This document shows, one piece after another, positions 38,969-51,856 of a DNA stretch of 64,000 bases. This DNA is from an uncultured Desulfatitalea sp. (GTDB lineage: Bacteria > Desulfobacterota > Desulfobacteria > Desulfobacterales > Desulfosarcinaceae): NCBI GenBank assembly GCA_963668675.2, contig CAXXMB010000001.1, positions 288,001 through 352,000 of the forward strand, in the 5' to 3' direction. The notes under the pieces were generated by a model that saw nothing but the letters and a program-made list of their open reading frames with translations, ran no database searches and was not told where the DNA came from. Numbering within the stretch: position 1 is the first letter of the stretch; each line of letters begins with the position of its first letter. A program made the translations under genes and the position numbers.

Positions 38969-40249
38969 ATGGATTCTGCATTGATACCCGAGGGCGTCAA
39001 ACGGTGTCCCCTATGGAAATTCCTGCTGGGACTGGCTGTTGTAGGCCTCGTTTTACTGTGGGGCGTCTATGCCATGCTTCTGTGCTGGGTCAAAGGGCTG
39101 AATCAGACCAATATGAACGACTATTACGGATTCGCCCTGTGGATTTGGGCCGACCTGGCCGTCATCGCCTTAGGCGGTGGCGCCTTCTTCTCGGGCCTGC
39201 TCAAATATGTGATCGGCAAAGATGATCTGAAATATATCATCAACTACGCGGTCCTTATCGGCTTCATCTGTTACAGTTCGGCCCTGCTGATCCTGGCCAT
39301 CGATGTCGGGCAGCCTCTGCGCAGCTGGTTTATTTTCTGGCACGCCAACGTGCACTCCATGCTGACGGAAGTGGCCTTCTGTCTCTCGTGCTACTTTGCC
39401 GTCCTGACCATCGAGTATATCCCTCTGGTTTTGGAAAATCGTCAAATAGACAAAGTTCCCTTTTTTCACAATTTGAGCCACAACATGCACTCGATCATGG
39501 CCGTCTTTGCCGCCACCGGCGCTTTTCTCTCCTTCTTCCACCAGGGCTCTTTGGGAGGCGTGGCCGGTGTTCTGTTCGGACGGCCCTTTGCTTTTCGCGA
39601 ACACATCCTGATCTGGCCGTTTACCTTCTTTCTCTTCACCTGGTCGGCTGCGGCCTTCGGCCCCTCCTTCACCCTTTTCATCACCTGGCTGACGGAGAAG
39701 ATTACCCGCAAAAAACTGGTGAAGGACAATGTGGTTTTCCTGCTGGCCAAAATTTCCGGCTGGATGATTTTTACCTATATCATCGCAAAGAGCGCCGATA
39801 CCCTTTACTGGATGTACAGTACGGCACCGGCTCAGGGCGTTCAGTGGCAGTCTTTCTTTGAAAACAACGCTCTTTACGGGAAGTGGATTCTTTTTACTGA
39901 AATTATTCTCTGCGGCTGGCTGCCGGGCCTGCTGCTGATTTTCAGGCCCACCCGGGAGAGCGGCTTCTGGCGCGTATTGGCCACTTTCCTGGCCGTCGTT
40001 GGCGTATCCCTCAACCGCTGGGTGATGGTGCTGCAGACCATGGCCGTGCCGGTGATGACCTTCGATACTTGGGCGCTTTACATCCCCAGTTGGCAGGAGG
40101 TTGCCACCACCATCCTGCCCGTGGCCTACGGCGTGATTCTGATCATGATCTCCTACCGATACCTGCCGATTTTTCCGCAGGAAAGGGAGCTCAATCCGAT
40201 CGCGGTACCGGAAACCGTTGAAGTTGAAGAGACTGCAGCAGCTGCGTAA
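38969..40249 (+). CDS. qrcD: QrcD NrfD/PsrC-family membrane subunit
   Basis: WIWADLAVIALGGGAF, DVGQPLR, SMLTEV, FFHQGSLGG, NRW, YIPSWQE. Confidence 0.9.
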   Translation: MDSALIPEGVKRCPLWKFLLGLAVVGLVLLWGVYAMLLCWVKGLNQTNMNDYYGFALWIWADLAVIALGGGAFFSGLLKYVIGKDDLKYIINYAVLIGFICYSSALLILAIDVGQPLRSWFIFWHANVHSMLTEVAFCLSCYFAVLTIEYIPLVLENRQIDKVPFFHNLSHNMHSIMAVFAATGAFLSFFHQGSLGGVAGVLFGRPFAFREHILIWPFTFFLFTWSAAAFGPSFTLFITWLTEKITRKKLVKDNVVFLLAKISGWMIFTYIIAKSADTLYWMYSTAPAQGVQWQSFFENNALYGKWILFTEIILCGWLPGLLLIFRPTRESGFWRVLATFLAVVGVSLNRWVMVLQTMAVPVMTFDTWALYIPSWQEVATTILPVAYGVILIMISYRYLPIFPQERELNPIAVPETVEVEETAAAA

Positions 40250-40281
40250 TAGGGCTGAAACCTCAAAGGAGGCGCTAAAAG

Positions 40282-40440
40282 ATGTTCCCTTTTAATTTCG
40301 AATGGGTATGGGATATGGGGCACATGGTTTTCCATGGGGGCCTGTGGTATGCACTTTCAGTCATCGGTATGGGGATGACCTTCTGTGTGATCAAGGCGAT
40401 CATCGACACTGCCCAGGGTAAAGGCGGGCATCACCACTAG
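40282..40440 (+). CDS. 52-aa single-TM protein within the qrc transcript (below the ORF track cutoff)
   Basis: AAAGGAGG SD; MFPFNFEWVWDMGHMVFHGGLWYALSVIGMGMTFCVIKAIIDTAQGKGGHHH*; lies before the operon terminator. Confidence 0.8.
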   Translation: MFPFNFEWVWDMGHMVFHGGLWYALSVIGMGMTFCVIKAIIDTAQGKGGHHH

Positions 40441-40492
40441 CGTGAATGGCTGCCACGGTGTATCTTACGATCGATATGTGACAAAACCGGAC

Positions 40493-40528
40493 AAAAGCGC
40501 TTCTCCGAAGAGGGGAGGCGCTTTTTTT
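40493..40528 (+). terminator. Intrinsic terminator of the qrc operon
   Basis: AAAAGCGCTTCTCC-gaagag-GGGAGGCGC-TTTTTTT. Confidence 0.8.
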
Positions 40529-40568
40529 CTTCCGCTTCACTTCAACGCGATAAGGAGAAGGCAGAGGG

Positions 40569-41822
40569 ATGGATAAAATTCTCGTGCGAGGCCGGCAAAG
40601 GCTGCAGGGGAGTGTGACGGTCAGTGGAGCAAAGAATGCGGCCCTGCCCATATTGATATCGGCCCTGCTGTGCGACGGGCCCAACACCTTCTCAAATGTG
40701 CCCATGTTGAGAGATATCCAGAGTACTCTGGAACTGCTTTCCCATCTGGGGGTCCGCTGCCTGCGGGAGAATCACACCGTCACAGTGGATGCCGCAGGGT
40801 TGAACAATTTCGAGGCCCCCTATGATCTGGTGCGCAAAATGCGTGCATCCATCCTGGTACTCGGGCCGATCCTGGCCCGCTTGAAGAGGGCACGCGTATC
40901 CCTTCCCGGAGGATGCGCCATTGGTGCGCGCCCCATCAACTTGCATTTGCGCGGGCTCAGCCTTTTGGGGGCCGAGATCAAACTGGAGCATGGTTATGTG
41001 GAGGCGTCGTGTGACCGTTTGAAGGGAGCCGAGATCTACTTCGATGTGGTCACGGTGACCGGAACGGAGAATTTGATGATGGCAGCCGCGTTGGCGGAAG
41101 GTTCCACCGTCCTGAGCAACGCGGCGTGTGAACCCGAAGTGGTTGCATTGGCGGAGGTGTTGAACCAGATGGGGGCCAAGATCAGTGGTGCCGGAACACC
41201 TGAGATTGTCATCGAAGGTGTGGACAAGCTGCATCCGATCACGACGCGTATTATCCCGGACCGGATCGAGACGGGAACCTTTATGGTCGCGGCGGCACTG
41301 ACTGGCGGTGATGTAACATTGAAAAAGACAGCGCCGGAGCATATGGAGGCCATCATCCACAAGTTGAGACTGACCGGTTCACGGATCGATATACAAGGTG
41401 GCGAAATCCGTGTTCGAGGAAGCGACGTGATCAACAGCGTGGATATCAAAACGTTGCCCTATCCCGGATTTCCCACCGACATGCAGGCTCAGTTCATGGC
41501 GCTGATGACCGTCGCAAAAGGCTCCTGTTTGATATCGGAGACCATCTTCGAGAACCGTTTTATCCACGTCAGCGAACTTCGGCGCATGGGGGCCGATATT
41601 ACTGTGTCGGGCAATTCTGCACTGGTCAAGGGGGTCGGACGGCTTTCAGGGGCACCGGTGATGGCCAGCGATTTACGGGCCAGTGCCTGTCTGATATTGG
41701 CGGGGTTAATTGCGAAGAATACCACCGAAGTAAACCGCGTTTATCATCTGGACCGTGGTTATGAATCGATGGAGGAGAAATTTAGATCGTTGGGCGCTTC
41801 CATAGAGCGGGTAAAAGTATAG
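40569..41822 (+). CDS. murA: UDP-N-acetylglucosamine 1-carboxyvinyltransferase
   Basis: [23 protein letters not shown] (Cys retained), [19 protein letters not shown]. Confidence 0.98.
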   Translation: MDKILVRGRQRLQGSVTVSGAKNAALPILISALLCDGPNTFSNVPMLRDIQSTLELLSHLGVRCLRENHTVTVDAAGLNNFEAPYDLVRKMRASILVLGPILARLKRARVSLPGGCAIGARPINLHLRGLSLLGAEIKLEHGYVEASCDRLKGAEIYFDVVTVTGTENLMMAAALAEGSTVLSNAACEPEVVALAEVLNQMGAKISGAGTPEIVIEGVDKLHPITTRIIPDRIETGTFMVAAALTGGDVTLKKTAPEHMEAIIHKLRLTGSRIDIQGGEIRVRGSDVINSVDIKTLPYPGFPTDMQAQFMALMTVAKGSCLISETIFENRFIHVSELRRMGADITVSGNSALVKGVGRLSGAPVMASDLRASACLILAGLIAKNTTEVNRVYHLDRGYESMEEKFRSLGASIERVKV

Positions 41823-41854
41823 TTTTTTTGTGGGTGGCGGTGCGGGAACGAAGA

Positions 41855-42262
41855 TCACTTCTTCGAAAGATCCTTCTTTAATTTCTTTTCAATGTCGGCG
41901 AACAGGTCCTTCTTCTTTTTTGCCTGTTGCTCCTTTATGGCAGCCACTTTCTCTGCCAGCTTGTCACGTTCGGATTGAAATTTTTTCAGTGCACTGTCCA
42001 GTTGGGTGACCTCCGTGTCCCTGGGAAGCTCTTCCAGCTTGGTGTGCGCTGCCACTGCCCACCGGTCGCCGAATGGGCTTGAAACCGCTTCGACGATTCC
42101 GGTTTCGCGCAGCCGTCGGCTGATGAGCCCGGCCTGTTCGTTTGAAAATCCGGTCAGTGAACAGATTTGATTCAAATCCGGCGGCGCGCCGTTCTGGTGT
42201 TCCAGAATTCGGATGGCGGCAACAAAGAGATGACCTTCCGAATATAGGCTTTTATCTTCCAT
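41855..42262 (-). CDS. Hypothetical protein, predicted winged helix + C-terminal coiled coil
   Basis: AAAGGAG SD before MEDKSLYSEGHLFVAAIR; the longer start in the ORF track is unlikely. Confidence 0.7.
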   Translation of the reverse strand: MEDKSLYSEGHLFVAAIRILEHQNGAPPDLNQICSLTGFSNEQAGLISRRLRETGIVEAVSSPFGDRWAVAAHTKLEELPRDTEVTQLDSALKKFQSERDKLAEKVAAIKEQQAKKKKDLFADIEKKLKKDLSKK

Positions 42263-42383
42263 TTGGGATATCGCTCCTTTGTTTCGTTTTCCCAACGAGC
42301 TAACAGGTAACCCGGGCAATCTTGCCGGCCATTGAATTTGTCGTTCGACAAACAGTAACTCCCTTAAAAAGCAGGCCATCTGC

Positions 42384-42412
42384 TTGACAAGCATAGGCCG
42401 GCAGAGTAACAT
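42384..42412 (+). promoter_or_regulatory. sigma70-type promoter for eno
   Basis: TTGACA-17 nt-TAACAT. Confidence 0.6.
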
Positions 42413-42552
42413 GCGCCCGTAATTTGTCAAGTCATTACAAGCTGTCTCAAATCGTTGACGATGTTTATGGACACGCTTCGAGGATTTATTCTTTTTTTCA
42501 TCTATAGCGGGCGGCTTTCTGCAATGTGGCTGGATACAGAGCAAGTATCTGA

Positions 42553-43884
<1,332 letters not shown>

Positions 43885-43912
43885 TCAGATATAAGAGGTG
43901 GGGCCTTCGTAT

Positions 43913-44812
43913 ATGAAAAACATTGACCCAAAAGGAATCGAGGGACCTTCGTCCCAATGGGGTCGTTCCTGTCTGAAACGGATCCGGCCGGTGGCGGGAA
44001 TGGCAATGGTTTTGATACTGTTGTCCCTTCCTGCCCAAGGCCATGTTCTGGAAGGTCCTCACATTTTGGAGTTGATGGCGCAGACCCTTGCTGGCGCTAA
44101 GACCTTGAAGGTTGAGCAGCAGGTGATGGTCGAGGATGATGCTTTCCTCGACCAGTCACTGACGTTGAGTGAAACCCTGATCTATGCTTTCCCAGACCGG
44201 TTCCGTTCGGACACCAGGAGTGAAGAGAGCAGCCGCATTTACGTGCAATCCGGCAGCGCATCGCTCACCATTGTCGATGGTTACAGGACGGAAGCCGGTG
44301 CAAGTCGTTATGACAAGTATATCAATCTCCTTCTTCATCGTTCCCGTACTCCGCTTCATATAATGCTGCTTTCAAACGATGTGGATGTAGAAAAGACCAG
44401 CTTGGGACGGTTTGAGGATCGTGTGGTGTACGTTGTCGGCGCTCAGTACCCCGATGAATCCATCTCCCAGGTGTGGGTGGACAAGGAGAGTCTGTTACCC
44501 CTGAGGTGGATCGATGTATCAAGAAAGGATCCTCAGGATCGCGTTGAGTTCATATATCGGGAGTGGCAAAAGAGAAACAACCTCTGGTACCCGACCCGCA
44601 TCGAAATCCGGCATCGCCAGGTGCCGGTTCGGCGCATCGTAGTGGCCGCCCTGCAAGTGGATATCGAATTGTCGAACGACCTTTTTGATATGGCCCTGCT
44701 GCTGCAGGCTTTTCCATCAGAAGAGCAGCGTCTGCCTCTGGGGCCGACAGAGACCGATGTCGACGAAGTAGAGCGGACCATCGAACAGTTCCAGAAAAAA
44801 TTCGAGGATTGA
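43913..44812 (+). CDS. Exported protein, LolA-like / outer-membrane lipoprotein-sorting fold
   Basis: Signal peptide, FPDRFRSD, VWVDKESLLPLR, WYPTRI, LSNDLFD; the fold call is pattern-based. Confidence 0.55.
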   Translation: MKNIDPKGIEGPSSQWGRSCLKRIRPVAGMAMVLILLSLPAQGHVLEGPHILELMAQTLAGAKTLKVEQQVMVEDDAFLDQSLTLSETLIYAFPDRFRSDTRSEESSRIYVQSGSASLTIVDGYRTEAGASRYDKYINLLLHRSRTPLHIMLLSNDVDVEKTSLGRFEDRVVYVVGAQYPDESISQVWVDKESLLPLRWIDVSRKDPQDRVEFIYREWQKRNNLWYPTRIEIRHRQVPVRRIVVAALQVDIELSNDLFDMALLLQAFPSEEQRLPLGPTETDVDEVERTIEQFQKKFED

Positions 44813-44933
44813 TCGGCCTGCCAACAATACAGGGCCGTGCTGTCCGGAGGTTCATGCCTCTCATGTCTGTGGGAACTGTTCCTGCCATCAAATCCTTCTT
44901 TCACATCCTCAGTGTTTATGGTAACTAAAATAG

Positions 44934-46622
<1,689 letters not shown>

Positions 46623-46799
46623 CCCCCCTTCAACTGACTGTTGAGATGGCATAAGGCGTTTTTCTCCCATGTGGCAAAAGAGACCACTGCGCCGAATTGT
46701 GTTGTGTTGCCAAAATATTGTCGCTTTCCTTAGTTTTAGCCGGCATTGGAAGTTACATAAGATTCAGTAAATATATGATAAAATGCATATTTATGGTTT

Positions 46800-46815
46800 T
46801 GGTACGCATATTGCT
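46800..46815 (+). promoter_or_regulatory. sigma54 (-24/-12) promoter
   Basis: TGGTAC-GCATA-TTGCT with exact GG-N10-GC spacing; AT-rich stretch and GTGG-N9-CCAC (46671-46687) upstream. Confidence 0.65.
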
Positions 46816-46904
46816 TTTACTGATGTCGTAACTACAGACGGCGGTTTTGGGGCGTTGTGGCATATTCATCGAAAATTCAGAATACCAGGAAAGGACGGCT
46901 CTTT

Positions 46905-47057
46905 ATGAAAGAAAATTCGAAAGTGAGACCGTTCCCTATCAAATGGGATTATTTGGATGAACTCATGGGACGGGAAAACGTTGATGAAATGGGGCTTTTG
47001 GATCTAATTTTTATTGAAGAGATTTTAAGTCAAAAGAAACATGATAAGGCCGTATAG
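46905..47057 (+). CDS. 50-aa hypothetical protein downstream of the sigma54 promoter
   Basis: AGGAAAGGA SD-like sequence; MKENSKVRPFPIKWDYLDELMGRENVDEMGLLDLIFIEEILSQKKHDKAV. Confidence 0.5.
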   Translation: MKENSKVRPFPIKWDYLDELMGRENVDEMGLLDLIFIEEILSQKKHDKAV

Positions 47058-47312
47058 ACGTAACGAGCCGTTTCGCCACGCTGGAACTCCCACCAAAAAG
47101 GTTCCACTTCTGGAAAACAAGTGCCTCAAAAATGAAAAACATCTCAAAAGTGATCTGATGGGATGATAGAAGGCAGGCGGGCATAAAGCGCCCGCCCGAT
47201 CATCATTTTACGGTATCGTCTTTTCGTGGTTGGCTATAGGCAGGTAATGGCCATAGAAAGCCGATCGCTGCCCAGTCATTGGTGCTTGCAATCGTAGGAC
47301 GCACTCACTTCT

Positions 47313-47543
47313 CTACTCGATGATTTCGAGTACGGTCCGTTTTTTTACTTTGGATGAAACTGCACTTAGGATGGTTCGCATCGCTTGGGCGGTTCTTCCC
47401 TGCTTTCCAATAACCTTGCCTAAATCTTCTTTGGCCACCTTCAATTCCAATACGGTTGTTTGATTGCCTTCTACTTCGCTAACAGCAACTGCATCAGGAT
47501 GATCTACCAATGACTGCGCAATGAAACTAATCAGCTCCTTCAT
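47313..47543 (-). CDS. khpA: KH domain RNA-binding protein KhpA/YlqC
   Basis: [26 protein letters not shown]...[13 protein letters not shown] (GxxG). Confidence 0.92.
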   Translation of the reverse strand: MKELISFIAQSLVDHPDAVAVSEVEGNQTTVLELKVAKEDLGKVIGKQGRTAQAMRTILSAVSSKVKKRTVLEIIE

Positions 47544-47652
47544 GTCACCTCTCCTTCTTAACGACGGTTTGAATCGAACCCTAGATTGAACGCTAAACGG
47601 ATTCAACTGCAATAGCGTCAGTACGGATGGGGTGGTGGGTGTGTTAGGAAAT

Positions 47653-47680
47653 ATTATACCAATATATTGCCAAAAGGCAA
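47653..47680 (-). promoter_or_regulatory. sigma70-type promoter for khpA
   Basis: TTGCCT-16 nt-TATAAT with extended -10 TG. Confidence 0.55.
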
Positions 47681-47831
47681 TACTAAATAAATGACCATAA
47701 AATACGGTATAAAATTAGGTAATATTATTAAAAAAGTAAAAATAATAAGCAAGTTAACCCATATGTGGTTTTGGGAAGGTGACTCGAAAAATGTACCTGT
47801 TTTTATGGTTTACTTCTCCAAACTCAGAAAA

Positions 47832-47968
47832 GTGATGAAATCGTATAAAGTCTGCCACCCGTCATGCCGGACTTGATCCGGCCTCCAGAGGTCATTGAAA
47901 AGACGATGTTCCGACTTTCGCCGGAATGACGATACAGGTGTTTTGTTTAATTTTTGCAAACTCATCAA
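47832..47968. mobile_element. ~137-bp MITE-like element with internal REP-like palindrome, copy 2 (more degenerate)
   Basis: TGATGAAATCGTATAAAGTC...GTCATGCCGGACTTGATCCGGCCTCCAG...TTCGCCGGAATGAC...TTTTTGCAAACTCATCAA; same length and layout as 25374-25509. Confidence 0.7.
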
Positions 47969-48026
47969 GAGTGGAATTTACAGAAATGGAGGCCAAACAG
48001 TCGGCACACTTCAGATCTGTTCAAGC

Positions 48027-48062
48027 AAAAGAAGCAGCCCTTCAATGAGAGAAGGGCTGCTT
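48027..48062 (-). terminator. Intrinsic terminator after the substrate-binding protein gene
   Basis: AAGCAGCCCTTC-loop-GAAGGGCTGCTT, with CTTTT following on the minus strand. Confidence 0.65.
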
Positions 48063-48123
48063 GCATGCGAGGTGCCGTTTTTTTTATTCGAATTACGAAA
48101 GAGTAAAGAGCGAAATTACATTT

Positions 48124-49470
48124 CTATTTTTTATAGGCTGCCACGACCCACGGCGGTATGACATAGGGTTGCAACCCTTTGTAGCTCAGCTTGTTTGGCT
48201 TGGCCGGTGGTTCCACACTATACTCCCAGTAAGGGCTCACCCATTTAAAATGTGGCCAAACCGCAACTTGCTTTCCATCCTGCCATTGGATACCCATGGA
48301 AGTGGTGTAGCCCGGTCCATACTTGATGTCATGAAGGTGGCGACCATCTGCATCTTTTTCATAGGCTGTTAATCCGGCCGCTGTTTTGAATATGCCATTC
48401 TCCAGTTCTTTTATCACCTTATTCGGATTGGTTGAGCCGGCCTTTTGTATAGAAACGTCAAGTGTGCCTTTAATTATACTGTAAGTACCTGCTGTATAAC
48501 TGGGTACTTCGCCATAACGCTTGATGTATCCGTCCACGAATGGTCTAGTCATTTCATTATATTCAGCACCCGGGCAGAAGGTATTTTGATGCATCACGAA
48601 GTTGGCCATCCCTTGGGTCGCATCCCAGAAATCATCTTTGGCTGCTACGACATTGATGCCAACTTGAACCGCTGGTATTTTCATCTCTCCAGCTTGTCTG
48701 GCCAGCGGGATACCCACTGGTCCAGAAATCATCGTTAAAATCATGTGGCATCCGACGCGTTGGATGGCTGATAGTTCTGCCGTCACATCCGTGGCAGTCG
48801 AAGACGGGCGCCATGTACCAACGACTTCAGCACCCATCATAGGGAGAAATGCTTCGGCGGCCTTGGTCATCCCGTCGGTCCACATGGCTTTTTCAGCGAC
48901 GATTGCAATGCGAACGCGATCGATCGCGAGATTCTTTTTTAGCTCTGTTGCCACACTTCTGACTTGGGCGAAAAGGCCTTTAACCAGATAGTTTGAATTA
49001 AAAACCGCTCCGCGAAACCAATATTTGTATCGGTCGTAATCTTTTGCCACCCTTAGGCAAAGCTCCGGATGGGCAGGACCCGCTCCTATGAATAGTATCT
49101 TATTGTCCATTGCGATATCCTGCATCGCCAGCACTGCTTCGGATCTGAACCCGCCGATGACAAAATCAACCTTATCGCGAAGTATTAATTTTTCCATCGC
49201 ATTGGTAGCATCGGCAATGTTGATGAATTCATTTGAATCGGCTTTTACCAGTTGGATCTTCATTCGCTGATTGCCGACGTTGAGACCGCCTGTTGCATTG
49301 ATCTCGTCGGCGGCCATGACAGCTCCATTCCATTGTGCTTTCCCCTGGCTGAATTTCATCGGGCCGATGATACCTATTTTGATTGTGTTTGCCCCCCAGC
49401 ACGGCACACTCACGGCAAACACTAACATGCATATGAATGAAATAAAGCTGAATCGATTGAATCTTCTCAT
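48124..49470 (-). CDS. Orphan ABC transporter substrate-binding protein (Liv/branched-chain type)
   Basis: Signal peptide, TIKIGIIGP, AADEINATGG, VIGGFRSE, DVTAELSAI, GIQWQDGKQVAVWP. Confidence 0.88.
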   Translation of the reverse strand: MRRFNRFSFISFICMLVFAVSVPCWGANTIKIGIIGPMKFSQGKAQWNGAVMAADEINATGGLNVGNQRMKIQLVKADSNEFINIADATNAMEKLILRDKVDFVIGGFRSEAVLAMQDIAMDNKILFIGAGPAHPELCLRVAKDYDRYKYWFRGAVFNSNYLVKGLFAQVRSVATELKKNLAIDRVRIAIVAEKAMWTDGMTKAAEAFLPMMGAEVVGTWRPSSTATDVTAELSAIQRVGCHMILTMISGPVGIPLARQAGEMKIPAVQVGINVVAAKDDFWDATQGMANFVMHQNTFCPGAEYNEMTRPFVDGYIKRYGEVPSYTAGTYSIIKGTLDVSIQKAGSTNPNKVIKELENGIFKTAAGLTAYEKDADGRHLHDIKYGPGYTTSMGIQWQDGKQVAVWPHFKWVSPYWEYSVEPPAKPNKLSYKGLQPYVIPPWVVAAYKK

Positions 49471-49709
49471 AAAGCTACCCCCTTTTCCGATGCAGTTTGG
49501 GCTATGCTTAAACTGTTGCAACATACCATACGTATTGTGAAAATGATACCATATCCGGGTCCTAGCCTAATATCGACCAACTTGCGGCAATTATTAGCAC
49601 GAAATGAAAAAACTTTACGCATCGTGTCTAAATTATTATCGTTTTGATCCCTTTTTTATATTTAATTTTGAATGATACCAAACATTTGAAATCGTTGTCA
49701 ACTCGTGGT

Positions 49710-50588
49710 TTAAAAGGGGGGGGCAATTGGCAGGACAAATTTGAAAAGGGCGCCATTTCCCAATTCACTGTCGATGGTAATATCGCCACCCATCGAGCGT
49801 GCCAGAATACGGGCGACCGCCAGACCCAAACCATGGCCGCTGCGGGCCACCTCGGCCGAGGCGATCACCTGCTTGTAGCGTTCAAATATCTCCTCATGGT
49901 GCTCGGCCGCAATGCCGGGGCCGTCATCCCTTATGGCAACGGAGAGCTGCTCGCGTTGATACGAAAGGTGGACGAGCAGTTGGCGACGCCGATAGTATAA
50001 TCCGTTTTTTATTAAGTTACTGATAATCTGGCTGAACTTGGTTTCATCCTGTAGGATGGTTTCATCTTTTGCAGAAGGGGCGATGTCGACGCGGATGCCG
50101 TTCTTGGATAAAATAGAGACGCCTTCAGAGATGCGGGGCATCTGTTTTATCTCTTCGTAAAGATCGGGTGCGTCTCTCTCTATCACTTCGAAGAGTACCT
50201 TTTGCAATGATGTGATGGGGTTGAATCGCTGCGGGTTAAAACATTCAGATTCCGCGCGGCCCACCTCAAGCAGTTCGTTGAGCATCTCTCGGGTTTTGCA
50301 CGCATTTCTTAGTATCCGCGCCAGTGTGCGCTCCTGAACTCGACTGAGGGGGGCTGATGGGTTCGCCTTTTCAATCAGCAGGCGGACACCGGTTTCAATG
50401 ATACTCACCGGATCCTTCAGTTCATGCACGAGGAATTCGATGTTCACTTCTCGAAAAAACGAGCGGTTCTCTTTCGCCAAGAGTGGATCGATGCCGGCAC
50501 CGTTATCCGTCTGCCCCTTTTCTCCCGAATCTGTTTCTCTGATTTCTGGTGCTGGCATTTTCTCTTTTTCGGGATTGGCTTCGGTCAT
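49710..50588 (-). CDS. Histidine kinase core (HisKA + HATPase) without an input domain
   Basis: FLVHELKDP, SNLIKNG, DDGPGI, IFERY, GHGLGLA. Confidence 0.9.
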   Translation of the reverse strand: MTEANPEKEKMPAPEIRETDSGEKGQTDNGAGIDPLLAKENRSFFREVNIEFLVHELKDPVSIIETGVRLLIEKANPSAPLSRVQERTLARILRNACKTREMLNELLEVGRAESECFNPQRFNPITSLQKVLFEVIERDAPDLYEEIKQMPRISEGVSILSKNGIRVDIAPSAKDETILQDETKFSQIISNLIKNGLYYRRRQLLVHLSYQREQLSVAIRDDGPGIAAEHHEEIFERYKQVIASAEVARSGHGLGLAVARILARSMGGDITIDSELGNGALFKFVLPIAPPF

Positions 50589-51619
50589 ATTTTCCCACCG
50601 TTCTGCTCCGAATCATCCAGGCAATGTCCATCCTCATCAGATCGGAAAGTTGATGTATCGTCCGGTGCCATTGATAGGGTATCCACCATACCGCTATCGT
50701 CCTGCCGTTGGCGTAAAATATCTTCCATCTCATATTCGATGGTCAACAGCCTCGCCAGGTTGCGTTGGGCGCGATCATAAATGTTGAGCCAGGAGGTGTC
50801 CGGCGATAGGTTCAGAGGCTTGCGCAACAGCTTCAATGAGGCCATCAATACCGCCAGGGGCGTTTTGAGTGCGTGGGAGATTTGGTGGATCACGCGGTCT
50901 TTGGCGCGGTTGAAATCTTTCATCTGGCGGTAATAGCCGGCCAACGATTCTCGTATGCGGATATTCTCCATTGCCAGTGCGGTGACGCCTGCAACTGAGG
51001 CAAGCAGGTCGACATCCGATTGAATGAAATCCCCCTCTTTTTTATTGATCGCACTGAGGACCCCTACCTTTCGGCCCAGCGTTTTCAGGGGGACGTCCAC
51101 GCGGTTGAAAATCCAATTGGGAATCGATTTGCCGGACGACTGATCACACTGGGAGCTGTCTTGGTAGTCATTGACGATCATCGGGCTCCCTGTATCGAAC
51201 ACCCGATCGCCAGTGGTTTTTTCGAAGCGGCGGCTTTCGTCCTCGAACCGAGCGGCGTGCCCGGCATGATGGAAGTTCACTGCTTTTACGACCAGTGCAT
51301 TCGCTCGCCTGTCCCACAACAGCACAGCACCGCCCTCCGCGGGGATCACCCTCGGGATCAACCGTGCGATGGTATCGAGCAGTTGATCCGGCTGCTTGAA
51401 ATCGTTGATGTTGGCGCAGAGCTGTGCAAAGGCGTCGAAAGGCTTATCCCTGAATTGGGCGTGGTCGTGCGCCTTTAAACCTTGAGCCTTCTGTCGGAAT
51501 TTACCGCCTGCTCCGTCTGGGGGCTCTTGTGGTGTCGTATTCGGCATTGGTGGACTGGGGACCTCTCCTGATGCGGGTGAAGTGCCAGAATGAAGACGGC
51601 CTGTTTGAGCTTGAGTCAC
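50585..51619 (-). CDS. GAF + HisKA protein lacking the HATPase domain
   Basis: GAF (VPLKTLGRKVGVLSAINKKEGDF...DVDLL), SHALKTPL H-box, then an acidic tail; ATGA overlap with the downstream kinase. Start uncertain. Confidence 0.8.
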   Translation of the reverse strand: MTQAQTGRLHSGTSPASGEVPSPPMPNTTPQEPPDGAGGKFRQKAQGLKAHDHAQFRDKPFDAFAQLCANINDFKQPDQLLDTIARLIPRVIPAEGGAVLLWDRRANALVVKAVNFHHAGHAARFEDESRRFEKTTGDRVFDTGSPMIVNDYQDSSQCDQSSGKSIPNWIFNRVDVPLKTLGRKVGVLSAINKKEGDFIQSDVDLLASVAGVTALAMENIRIRESLAGYYRQMKDFNRAKDRVIHQISHALKTPLAVLMASLKLLRKPLNLSPDTSWLNIYDRAQRNLARLLTIEYEMEDILRQRQDDSGMVDTLSMAPDDTSTFRSDEDGHCLDDSEQNGGKI

Positions 51620-51856
51620 AGCCAGGGATAGTGTAAAGCAAAAAGGCTGACTGGCTCATCCGGCGGTCCACGAAACGATCACGCCCAGCGACCGAAAAGC
51701 GGCTGTTTACCAGCAATTTGTAACAGCGTAAGATCTTTCGGCAAGCTTGCATTACTGTGGGAAAATTTAAAAAGGGTGTCAAGCAAAAATGGCGGTGGGT
51801 GTTCGTCATGGCGTGCAGGCATGTTCCCCAGAAAGCGTCACGGTTGATGGATACGC

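Noticed and set aside
42263..42544. N-terminal extension of the 229-aa ORF in the track
   Set aside because: It overlaps the eno promoter region; a good SD supports the start at 42262.
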